Shown piece by piece: positions 8,233 through 16,344 of a stretch of DNA of 64,000 nucleotides. Below the pieces are notes generated by a model. The model did no database searches. It saw only the letters and a list, made by a program, of their open reading frames with translations, and was not told where the DNA came from. The DNA is from Bryobacteraceae bacterium (lineage in GTDB: Bacteria > Acidobacteriota > Terriglobia > Bryobacterales > Bryobacteraceae), in the NCBI GenBank assembly GCA_023384675.1, contig JAHDVK010000029.1, positions 3,778 to 67,777 of the forward strand. Reading direction: 5' to 3'. Position 1 is the first letter of the stretch, and each line of letters opens with the position of its first letter. The position numbers and the translations under genes are program-made.

Positions 8233-11200
8233 ATGTCAAGAAAACTCTTCGCAGGAGTTTGTCTGCTTGCGTTGTGTGTCTCGATGCCCGTTGCCGCGCA
8301 GGAGTCGCGCGGCGCCGTCACGGGCCGCGTCAGCGACACCAGCGGAGGCATGATCCCCGGCGCGAATGTCACGGTCACCAACACGGCGACCAACGAAGCG
8401 CGCCGCCTCACCACCAACGAAACCGGCTACTACGAGGCCAACTTCCTCGAACCCGGCCCCTATTCGGTGGCCGTTGAGTCCGGCGGGTTCAAGCGATTTG
8501 TCCGCACTGGAATCACCGTCAACGTCAGTACCCGTCTCGAAATCAATGTGACGCTCGAAGTCGGCGGCGTTGCGGAAACAATCGAAGTCACGGCCGAGGC
8601 GCCTCTGCTCGACACCACGTCGGCATCCGGTGGCCGCGTACTCGACCAGAAGAACATCATCAACCTGCCCTTCTCGGATCTGAATCCGTTTGCGCTCACC
8701 GCGCTCGCGCCGGGCATGCAGTGGACCGGCCAGCCCGAATACCGCCGCCCGTTTGACAATGGCGGCACGTCGGCCTTCAACACCATGGGCGGCGTCGGCC
8801 AGAACGAATACACCATCGACGGCATGACCGTCACCGGCACCGGCCGCCGCGTCGGCTTCACCCCGCCGGCGGACTCGGTCACCGAGTTCAAGCTCGAGAC
8901 TTCGAACTTTGACGCCTCCCAGGGCTTCACCTCGGGCGCGGCGATCAATGTTTCGTCGAAATCCGGCACCAATCGTTTCACGGGTGATGTCTTCAACCAG
9001 CACTGGCAGCAGCGCTGGAATGCCACGGGCCACTTCCAGCGGACCCTGTGGGAGGACCAGGTGGCGCGGGGCGTGATCACGCCCGACACCCAGAAGCAGG
9101 CCACCGGGCGCTCGAACAACTACGGCTTCTCGCTCTCCGGTCCTGTTGTTCTCCCCAAGATCTATAACGGCAAGGACAAATTCTTCTGGACCCTCACCTG
9201 GAACGGCATCCGCCAGTCCAAGGCCGAATCCACCAGTTCGGTGAACCGCACCGTGCCCACCGCGCTGATGAAGCAGGGCGATTTTTCGGAACTCTGGCTT
9301 GCCCCCAACGGCGTGCAGCGTTTCACTGTCTATGACCCCCGCACCGCGCGCCTGGAAGGCAACACGGTTGTCCGCACGCCGTTCCCCGGCAACCGCGGCG
9401 TTCCGATTCTGAACCCGATGTATCAGACCTATGCCGCGTTCTACCCGGAACCGAATAACACGCCCGGTCTGGTGACCCCCGAAGGCTTCAATAACTACCT
9501 CGCCTTCGCAATGCCCAAGGACGAAATCTTCGACGCCATCGTGAACCGCTACGATTACATCGTCAGCGACAAGCATCGCGTGAACTTCCGCTGGCAGTGG
9601 AACGACCGTCTGGCCGATGAGTACGACTGGACGTATGAGACCCGCCGCGGCCTGCACTCCAATGGCCTCACCCGCATCAATAAGGGCGGCAACGTCAATT
9701 GGCTCTATACAATCAATTCGACGAATATTCTCGACGCCAACTTTGGCGTGTCGCGGTTCGATGAAGGCAGCCGCAACCTCGCGCGCACGGCCTTCCGCCC
9801 GGCCGATGTCGGCCTGCCGGCTTATGTCGATGCTCGCGCCGGCCGGTTCCCCGTGCTGCCAAATAACGACATGAACAACATCGAGGACGTCAGCGGTACT
9901 TACCCTGTGGTCGGCTCCAATGGCATGACGAGCGAACTCCGGCTCGGCATGACCACCATCAAGGGCAGCCACTCATTCAAGTACGGCTGGCAGGAACGCG
10001 TCCATAAGTGGACCGCGCTCGGCCCCGGCCACACCGGCGGCCAATATGTGTACCGCAACGCCTGGACCCGCGCCACCAACGTCGATAACGTCTCCAACCA
10101 GCACGGCCTCGACTGGGCTTCGTTCATGATGGGCGTGCCGAACAATGTCGGTATCGACACGAACGACTCGTTCCTGTTCCACAACCCCCGGCGCGGCCTC
10201 TACATTCAAGACGACTGGCGCGTCTCCAGCAAGATCCGCCTCTCGCTCGGTCTCCGGTATGAGGGCGAAGGCGGCATTCGCGAGCGCCACAACCGCGGCA
10301 TCGCGGCGCCGTTCATTTTCGACCTCGAACAGCCCTTCACGCCGTTCGCCCGCGCCGCCTACGCCGCCAGTCCGATTCCCGAGTTGCCGGTGAGCCAGTT
10401 CAATCCCGTCGGCGGCACCGCCTACCTCGGCACGCAGGGCTTCGATTCCGTCACGAAGGGCCATCATTTCCTGTTGCCCAAACTCGGAATCGTGTACAGC
10501 ATGGATCCCAAGACCGTCATCCGTGCGGGCTATGGCATGTATGCCGACACGCTCAACGTCAATAACAACCGGCCCGACACGTTCGGCTTCAACCAGGCCA
10601 CCACCACGCCGATTACTAACGACGCCGGCCTCACTTTCTGCTGCGGCGTCGGCGGCGCCGCTGGCATCGCCCAGGGCCGGACTCCGATCCACGATCCGTT
10701 CCCGGTGCGCGCCGATGGCACCCGCTTCGATGAACCGCTCCAGGCTCAACTGGGCGGGCTGCCCCGCGTTGGCCGCGGCTTCAGCCTCGGCATCCCCTGG
10801 AACTACCGTCCCGCGACGCAGCACCGTTGGCGCGCCGGCTTCCAGCGCGAGCTGATGCACAACACCATGCTCGATGTCAGCTACAACGGCGCCTACTCCA
10901 GCGTGCCCGTCCAGCAGCGCATCGACTTCCTTCCGGCGGATCAGTGGACCACCGGTATGCTTCGCGATCAGGCCAACGATAACCGCCTGAACTCGAACGT
11001 GACGAATCCGTTCCGCATTACCAACATGGCCTCGCTCGCGCAGTCGAACCCGCTCATCTACCGCTACATGGCCGGCCAGGGCGTCTTCACCAACTCGGTG
11101 ATCGCCCGTCACAACCTGATCCGGCCCCATGGCTTCATGGGCAATGTTCAGGGTCTGCGCCAGGGCGTGGAGTTTTCCAACTCCCTCGGCTACGTCAACT

Positions 11201-11937
11201 ACCACGACGTGCAGGTGCTCGTCGAGCGCCGCATGACCAGGGGCTTCACCTCCTCGTTCATGTACACCGGCGCGACGGGCCGCGAAGCGAACTTCTACTA
11301 CAACGAGTTCGATTCCGGCCCCAGCGAGCGCATCTCCAACTCCGTGCGCCCGCACCGCATCGCCTGGACCGCGATCTACGAACTGCCCTTCGGCAAGGGC
11401 CGCACCCACCTCAAGGACGGCCTTGGCGCGTGGATGCTCGGCAACTGGAACGTGAGCTGGGTGTACCAGCGCCAGGGCGGACCGGCCACCAATTGGGCCA
11501 ACCGCTTCTTCCACGGCGACCTCGACAACATCGGCAGCCTGTTCCGTTCGAACGAAACCCGCGCCGCCGACCTGCGGCAGTGGTTCGACCCGAATATCGC
11601 CTACCGCGGCACGGGCGCCATTCCGCAGGGCTTCCAGGGCTTCGAAGGCCGCGCCGCAAATCAGCCCGGCAGCTACCATGTCCGCATGTTCCCCTTCCGC
11701 CTCGAACAACTGCGTGAAGACGGCATCCGCAACTGGGATGTGAAGATCGAGCGTATCTTTCCCATCGTCCCCGAACGCGGCATTCAAGCCCGATTCTCCC
11801 TGGACATGCTGAATGCCACCAACCACACCAACTTCGGCGGGCCGAACCTCGACCCGGCCAGCGGCAACTTCGGCCGCGTCACCTCGCAGCGCGGCCTGCC
11901 GCGTGTGCTCCAGTTCAACCTGCGCGTGTCGTTCTAA
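8233..11937 (+). CDS. TonB-dependent-receptor-like outer-membrane protein (CarboxypepD_reg N-domain), paralogue 1 of a tandem pair
   Basis: AGGAGG precedes the ATG. It has a signal peptide ending AAQES and a CarboxypepD_reg motif (GRVSDTSGGMIPGANVTVTNTATNE...ETGYYEANFLEPGPYSV). The 1234-aa protein ends in LRVSF. Confidence 0.9.
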   Translation: MSRKLFAGVCLLALCVSMPVAAQESRGAVTGRVSDTSGGMIPGANVTVTNTATNEARRLTTNETGYYEANFLEPGPYSVAVESGGFKRFVRTGITVNVSTRLEINVTLEVGGVAETIEVTAEAPLLDTTSASGGRVLDQKNIINLPFSDLNPFALTALAPGMQWTGQPEYRRPFDNGGTSAFNTMGGVGQNEYTIDGMTVTGTGRRVGFTPPADSVTEFKLETSNFDASQGFTSGAAINVSSKSGTNRFTGDVFNQHWQQRWNATGHFQRTLWEDQVARGVITPDTQKQATGRSNNYGFSLSGPVVLPKIYNGKDKFFWTLTWNGIRQSKAESTSSVNRTVPTALMKQGDFSELWLAPNGVQRFTVYDPRTARLEGNTVVRTPFPGNRGVPILNPMYQTYAAFYPEPNNTPGLVTPEGFNNYLAFAMPKDEIFDAIVNRYDYIVSDKHRVNFRWQWNDRLADEYDWTYETRRGLHSNGLTRINKGGNVNWLYTINSTNILDANFGVSRFDEGSRNLARTAFRPADVGLPAYVDARAGRFPVLPNNDMNNIEDVSGTYPVVGSNGMTSELRLGMTTIKGSHSFKYGWQERVHKWTALGPGHTGGQYVYRNAWTRATNVDNVSNQHGLDWASFMMGVPNNVGIDTNDSFLFHNPRRGLYIQDDWRVSSKIRLSLGLRYEGEGGIRERHNRGIAAPFIFDLEQPFTPFARAAYAASPIPELPVSQFNPVGGTAYLGTQGFDSVTKGHHFLLPKLGIVYSMDPKTVIRAGYGMYADTLNVNNNRPDTFGFNQATTTPITNDAGLTFCCGVGGAAGIAQGRTPIHDPFPVRADGTRFDEPLQAQLGGLPRVGRGFSLGIPWNYRPATQHRWRAGFQRELMHNTMLDVSYNGAYSSVPVQQRIDFLPADQWTTGMLRDQANDNRLNSNVTNPFRITNMASLAQSNPLIYRYMAGQGVFTNSVIARHNLIRPHGFMGNVQGLRQGVEFSNSLGYVNYHDVQVLVERRMTRGFTSSFMYTGATGREANFYYNEFDSGPSERISNSVRPHRIAWTAIYELPFGKGRTHLKDGLGAWMLGNWNVSWVYQRQGGPATNWANRFFHGDLDNIGSLFRSNETRAADLRQWFDPNIAYRGTGAIPQGFQGFEGRAANQPGSYHVRMFPFRLEQLREDGIRNWDVKIERIFPIVPERGIQARFSLDMLNATNHTNFGGPNLDPASGNFGRVTSQRGLPRVLQFNLRVSF

Positions 11938-11972
11938 GTCCGAATCCGGCACCCGCAGCCTCGATCCATCAA

Positions 11973-12016
11973 GGCCCGTCGCCGCTCCCCGGGGAGCGGC
12001 GACGGGCCTCTTCCTT
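11973..12016 (+). terminator. rho-independent terminator candidate
   Basis: A perfect 16-bp stem, GGCCCGTCGCCGCTCC / GGAGCGGCGACGGGCC (11973-12008), has a 4-nt loop and is followed by TCTTCCTTGT. It starts 36 nt after the stop codon. Confidence 0.6.
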
Positions 12017-12035
12017 GTCGGAATCCATTTCTTTC

Positions 12036-12064
12036 TTGACCTCCCGGGCAAAAGATGATTAGAT
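12036..12064 (+). promoter_or_regulatory. sigma70-like promoter candidate for the 12131 receptor gene
   Basis: TTGACC (12036-12041), a 17-nt spacer, then TTAGAT (12059-12064). This parallels the 8137-8165 element. Confidence 0.4.
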
Positions 12065-12130
12065 ACCTACGGCTCGCAATAGATAGCCACTTTGGCTATT
12101 GAAGTAAGAGAGTGTCTTCAGGAGGTTTGA

Positions 12131-15100
12131 ATGCTACGCAAATTCACTTTGGGGATTTGCCTGGCGGCTCTGTGCGCCGCAATCCCCTTGGCTGCTCAGG
12201 AGTCGCGCGGGGCCATCACGGGCCGCGTGAGCGACACCAGCGGCGGTATGATCCCCGGTGCGAATGTCACGGTCACCAATACGGCGACCAACGAAACGCG
12301 CCGCGTGTCCACGAACGAAACCGGCTACTACGAAGCCAACTTCCTCGAACCCGGCCCCTACCAGGTGGCCGTCGAATCCGGCGGTTTCAAGCGCTTCGTC
12401 CGCACCGGCATAACGGTCAATGTCAGCACGCGTCTTGAAATTCACGTCACTCTGGAAGTCGGCGGCGTTGCGGAGACGATTGAGGTCACCGCCGAGGCGC
12501 CTCTGCTCGACACCACGTCCGCCTCCGGCGGCCGCGTGCTTGATTCGAAGAACATCATCAACCTGCCGTTCTCGGACTTGAACCCGTTCGCCCTCACCGC
12601 GCTCGCCCCCGGCATGCAGTGGACCGGCCAGCCCGAGTACCGCCGTCCCTTCGACAACGGTGGCACCTCGGCCTTCAACACCATGGGCGGGGTTGGCCAG
12701 AACGAGTACACCATCGACGGCATGGTCGTCACCGGCACGAACCGCCGCGTCGGCTTCACGCCCCCGGCCGACTCGATCACTGAGTTCAAGCTCGAAACTT
12801 CGAACTTCGACGCCTCGCAGGGTTTCACCTCGGGCGCGGCGATCAACGTTTCGTCGAAGTCGGGGACGAACCGCTTCTCGGGTTCGATCTTCAATCAGCA
12901 CTGGCAGCAGCGCTGGAACGCTACGGGGCACTTCCAGCGGACTTTGTGGGAAGACCGGGTTGCCCGCGGCGAAATCAGCCCGGATACCCAGAAGCAGGCG
13001 ACGGGCCGCTCGAACAACTACGGCATCTCGGTCTCCGGTCCGGTGGTCCTTCCGAAGATCTTCAATGGCAAGGACAAGTTCTTCTGGACACTGACCTGGA
13101 ACGGCATTCGTCAGGCGAAGGCCGAATCCACCAGCGCGGTGAACCGCACTGTGCCGACGGCCGCGATGAAGCAGGGCGATTTCTCGGCGCTGTGGCTCGC
13201 CCCGAACGGCGTGCAGCGCTTCACGGTCTACGACCCGCGGACCACCTTCATGGACGGCAACGTTGTCCGCCGCACGCCCTTCCCCGGCAACCGCGGGGTC
13301 CCCGTTCTGAACCCGGTGTATCAGTTCTATGCGGACCTCTATCCCACGCCGAACGACACTCCCGGCCTGGTCACCCCGGAAGGCTTCAACAACTACCTCG
13401 CCTTCCTCATGCCCAAGGACGAGATCTTCGACTCGTTCGTGAACCGCTACGACTACATCATTAATGACAAGAATCGCGTCAACTTCCGCTACCAGTGGAA
13501 CGACCGCCTTGCCGACGAATACGACTGGACCTATGAGACCCGGAAAGGTCTCCACTCCAACGGACTCACCCGCATCAACAAGGGCGGCAACGTCAACTGG
13601 CTCTACACGATCAATTCCACCAATATCCTCGACGCGAACTTCGGCATCTCCCGTTTCGAGGAAGGCAGCCGCAACCTGGCTCGCACGGCCATCCGGCCCG
13701 CCGATGTCGGTCTTCCGGCTTACGTCGACGCTCGCGCCGGTGCCTTCCCCGTGCTGCCGCAGGTGAATTTCAACAACATTCAGCAGGTCTCGGGTACATA
13801 CCCCGTCGTCGGCGCAATCGGCACCACCGGCGAACTTCGCATCGGCATGACGACCATTAAGGGTTCCCACTCCTTCAAGTACGGCTGGCAGGAGCGCCGC
13901 AATCAGTGGACGGGCCTCGGCCCCGGCCACTCCGGGGGGCAGTATCAGTTCCGCAACAACTGGACGCGCGCCTCGAACGTGGACAACGTCTCCAACCAGC
14001 ACGGCCTCGACTGGGCCGGATTCATGATGGGCGTCCCTACTGGTCTCGGCCTTGATACGAACGACTCGGTGTTCCTGAGCACCCCGCGCCGGGGACTCTA
14101 TATTCAGGACGATTGGCGCGTCTCCAGCAAAGTCCGGCTTTCGCTCGGCCTCCGCTACGAGCGCGAGGGCGGCATCCGCGAACGCTTCAACCGCGGTATT
14201 GCCGGGCAGTTCCTCTTTGACCTGCAACAGCCGTTCACCGAGGGTGCGCGCGCAGCCTACGCCGCCAACCCAATCCCGGAGATGCCCGTCAGCCAATTCA
14301 ATCCCGTCGGCGGCACCGCCTACCTCGGCACGCAGGGTTTCGACACTCTGACCCGCGGGACGCACATCCTCCTGCCCAAGGCCGGGATCGTTTACAGTTT
14401 CGACAACAAGACTGTCATCCGCGCCGGCTATGGCATGTACATGGATACCTTCAACCCCGCCAATAACAACCGCCCCGATACCTTCGGCTACAACCAGGCC
14501 ACCACCACGCCAATTTCCACCGATGCCGGATTCAGCTTCTGCTGCGGCCTCGGTCCCGGCACCAACCTTGGCCCGGGGCGCACCGTCATGCATGACCCAT
14601 TCCCGGTTCGCGCCGACGGCACCCGCTTCGACGAACCCTTCCAGAACCGCCTCGAAGGTCTGCCGCGCGTCGGCCGCAACTTCAACAGCGGCGTGCCCTG
14701 GGACTTGCGCCCCGCGCTCCAGCAGCGCTGGCGTGTCGGCATCCAGCGTGAACTGATGCACAACACCATGCTCGATGTCAGCTACAACGGCGCTTATTCC
14801 TCGGTGCCCGTCCAGCAGCGCATCGACTTCCTGCCCCAGAACGAATGGACCACCGGCATGCTCCGCGACCAGGCCAACGACAACCGCCTGAATACCGCCG
14901 TGTCCAACCCCTACAACATCCGGAACTACCCCGGCCTGGCCCAATCCAACCCGGATCTGTTCCGCTACATGTCCGGCCAGGGCATCTTCACCAACAACGT
15001 CGTGAATCGCCACTTGCTCATCCGGCCCCACGGCTTTATGAACGGTGTGAATGGCATCCGCCAGAGCAACAACTTCCTGGACACCCTGGGCCATGTCAAC

Positions 15101-15838
15101 TATCACGACATCCAGGTTCTCCTTGAGCGCCGCATGACCCGCGGCTTCACCAGCACCTTCATGTACACCGGCGCCACCGGCCGCGAGGCGAACTTCTACC
15201 TGAACGAGTTCGACGCCGGCCCCAGCGAGCGCATCTCCAACGCTGTGCGGCCCCACCGCATTGCCTGGTCCGCCATCTACGAACTGCCCTTCGGCAAGGG
15301 CCGGACCTTCCTCAAGGATGGCGCCGGCGCCTGGCTGCTCGGCAACTGGAACATGAGCTGGGTCTACCAGCGCCAGGGCGGTCCCGCCACCAACTGGGCC
15401 AACCGCTTCTTCCACGGCGACATCGACAACATCGGCGCACTGTTCAATTCCGCCGAAACCCGCTCCCGCGACCTCCGGCAGTGGTTCGACCCGAATATCG
15501 CCTACCGCGGCACCGGCGCCATTCCGCAGGGCTTCCAAGGCTTCGAAGGCCGCGCCGCCAACCAGCCCGGCAGCTACCACGTCCGGATGTTCCCCGTCCG
15601 GCTCGAACAGCTTCGTGAAGACGGCATCCGCAACTGGGACGTCAAGATCGAACGCATCTTCCCGATCGTCCCCGAGAAAGGCATCCAGGCGCGCTTCTCG
15701 CTCGACATGCTGAATGCCACCAACCACACCAACTTCGGCGGGCCGAACCTCGACCCCGCCAGCGGCAACTTCGGCCGCGTCACATCGCAGCGCGGACTGC
15801 CGCGCGTGCTGCAGTTCAACCTGCGCGTGGACTTCTAG
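12131..15838 (+). CDS. TonB-dependent-receptor-like outer-membrane protein (CarboxypepD_reg N-domain), paralogue 2 of the tandem pair
   Basis: 1235 aa, collinear with the 8233 gene and identical at most positions by eye. It has the same TTCAGGAGGTTTGAATG ribosome-binding context and ends in LRVDF. Confidence 0.9.
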   Translation: MLRKFTLGICLAALCAAIPLAAQESRGAITGRVSDTSGGMIPGANVTVTNTATNETRRVSTNETGYYEANFLEPGPYQVAVESGGFKRFVRTGITVNVSTRLEIHVTLEVGGVAETIEVTAEAPLLDTTSASGGRVLDSKNIINLPFSDLNPFALTALAPGMQWTGQPEYRRPFDNGGTSAFNTMGGVGQNEYTIDGMVVTGTNRRVGFTPPADSITEFKLETSNFDASQGFTSGAAINVSSKSGTNRFSGSIFNQHWQQRWNATGHFQRTLWEDRVARGEISPDTQKQATGRSNNYGISVSGPVVLPKIFNGKDKFFWTLTWNGIRQAKAESTSAVNRTVPTAAMKQGDFSALWLAPNGVQRFTVYDPRTTFMDGNVVRRTPFPGNRGVPVLNPVYQFYADLYPTPNDTPGLVTPEGFNNYLAFLMPKDEIFDSFVNRYDYIINDKNRVNFRYQWNDRLADEYDWTYETRKGLHSNGLTRINKGGNVNWLYTINSTNILDANFGISRFEEGSRNLARTAIRPADVGLPAYVDARAGAFPVLPQVNFNNIQQVSGTYPVVGAIGTTGELRIGMTTIKGSHSFKYGWQERRNQWTGLGPGHSGGQYQFRNNWTRASNVDNVSNQHGLDWAGFMMGVPTGLGLDTNDSVFLSTPRRGLYIQDDWRVSSKVRLSLGLRYEREGGIRERFNRGIAGQFLFDLQQPFTEGARAAYAANPIPEMPVSQFNPVGGTAYLGTQGFDTLTRGTHILLPKAGIVYSFDNKTVIRAGYGMYMDTFNPANNNRPDTFGYNQATTTPISTDAGFSFCCGLGPGTNLGPGRTVMHDPFPVRADGTRFDEPFQNRLEGLPRVGRNFNSGVPWDLRPALQQRWRVGIQRELMHNTMLDVSYNGAYSSVPVQQRIDFLPQNEWTTGMLRDQANDNRLNTAVSNPYNIRNYPGLAQSNPDLFRYMSGQGIFTNNVVNRHLLIRPHGFMNGVNGIRQSNNFLDTLGHVNYHDIQVLLERRMTRGFTSTFMYTGATGREANFYLNEFDAGPSERISNAVRPHRIAWSAIYELPFGKGRTFLKDGAGAWLLGNWNMSWVYQRQGGPATNWANRFFHGDIDNIGALFNSAETRSRDLRQWFDPNIAYRGTGAIPQGFQGFEGRAANQPGSYHVRMFPVRLEQLREDGIRNWDVKIERIFPIVPEKGIQARFSLDMLNATNHTNFGGPNLDPASGNFGRVTSQRGLPRVLQFNLRVDF

Positions 15839-15847
15839 CGCTGAGGG

Positions 15848-15880
15848 AGCGGAGGGCGAATGCGCCTTCCGCTTCTTTAC
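15848..15880 (+). terminator. terminator-like hairpin
   Basis: AGCGGAGGGCG-AAT-GCGCCTTCCGCT has one G-U pair and is followed by TCTTTAC. It starts 10 nt after the stop codon. Confidence 0.5.
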
Positions 15881-16085
15881 GCAGCCATCTAAAGATGCTA
15901 TCCTAGGGTTTTTACGGAGATCATTGAGTTCGAACCTTCGGGTTCACCGGGTCATCCTGCGGGCGGCGCCCACCGATGGAGCGCCGGACAGACAGGCTCT
16001 GAAAACAACTCCTGAAAGCACTTGCGGCCAAGCGCGGCAGCCCTCAAAGGCGCCTGACGCTGGCCGCGAATTTTTTGTGGATTGC

Positions 16086-16196
16086 TCACCGCGGCGTAAT
16101 CAACCCGCCCAGCTTGTCCGCCGCGCCGCCCGCGCATCCACGCTCCAGGCATGGTCCGCAACGCGTGTTCCAAGCCGGTCCGGAGCGAGAACCAGC
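16086..16196 (-). pseudogene. relic of the 3' end of a threonine-synthase-like PLP enzyme gene
   Basis: The minus-strand frame reads AGSRSGPAWNTRCGPCLERGCAGGAADKLGGLITPR*. The intact gene at 19942 ends ...LIYNTGAGLKYLEAYSALYPRMEGGAADKLGGLITPR*. The last ~47 nt plus stop (16085-16131) nearly match 19941-19987, with 2 mismatches. The relic is bounded upstream by an in-frame TAG. Confidence 0.55.
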
Positions 16197-16344
16197 CTAT
16201 TCCCGCATAAATCATTGTGGATAATTCTCCAAATTAGTATGAATTCAATTCATTAAAATATTTAACTATCTAAAGAGTCCATTGAATTACTTTGGAAGAA
16301 GACGCTTCCTTGCAGTACGATAAATGAGCCAAGGAGTCTCTTCC

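Noticed and set aside
12134-15727. A 1197-aa minus-strand ORF exactly antisense to receptor paralogue 2. Similar ORFs at 8236-9972, 9973-12051 and 5721-7667 lie antisense to the other receptors.
   Set aside because: The translations are Gly/Ala/Arg/Val/Asp-rich low-complexity sequence with no motifs. The sense strand encodes proteins with a signal peptide, recognisable domains and a C-terminal Phe. Long stop-free antisense frames are expected at this G+C.
16234-16254. A possible Fur box (ATGAATTCAATTCATTAAA) in the AT-rich island upstream of receptor 3.
   Set aside because: Only about 10 of 19 positions match the GATAATGATAATCATTATC consensus by my count. That is not distinguishable from chance in AT-rich DNA.
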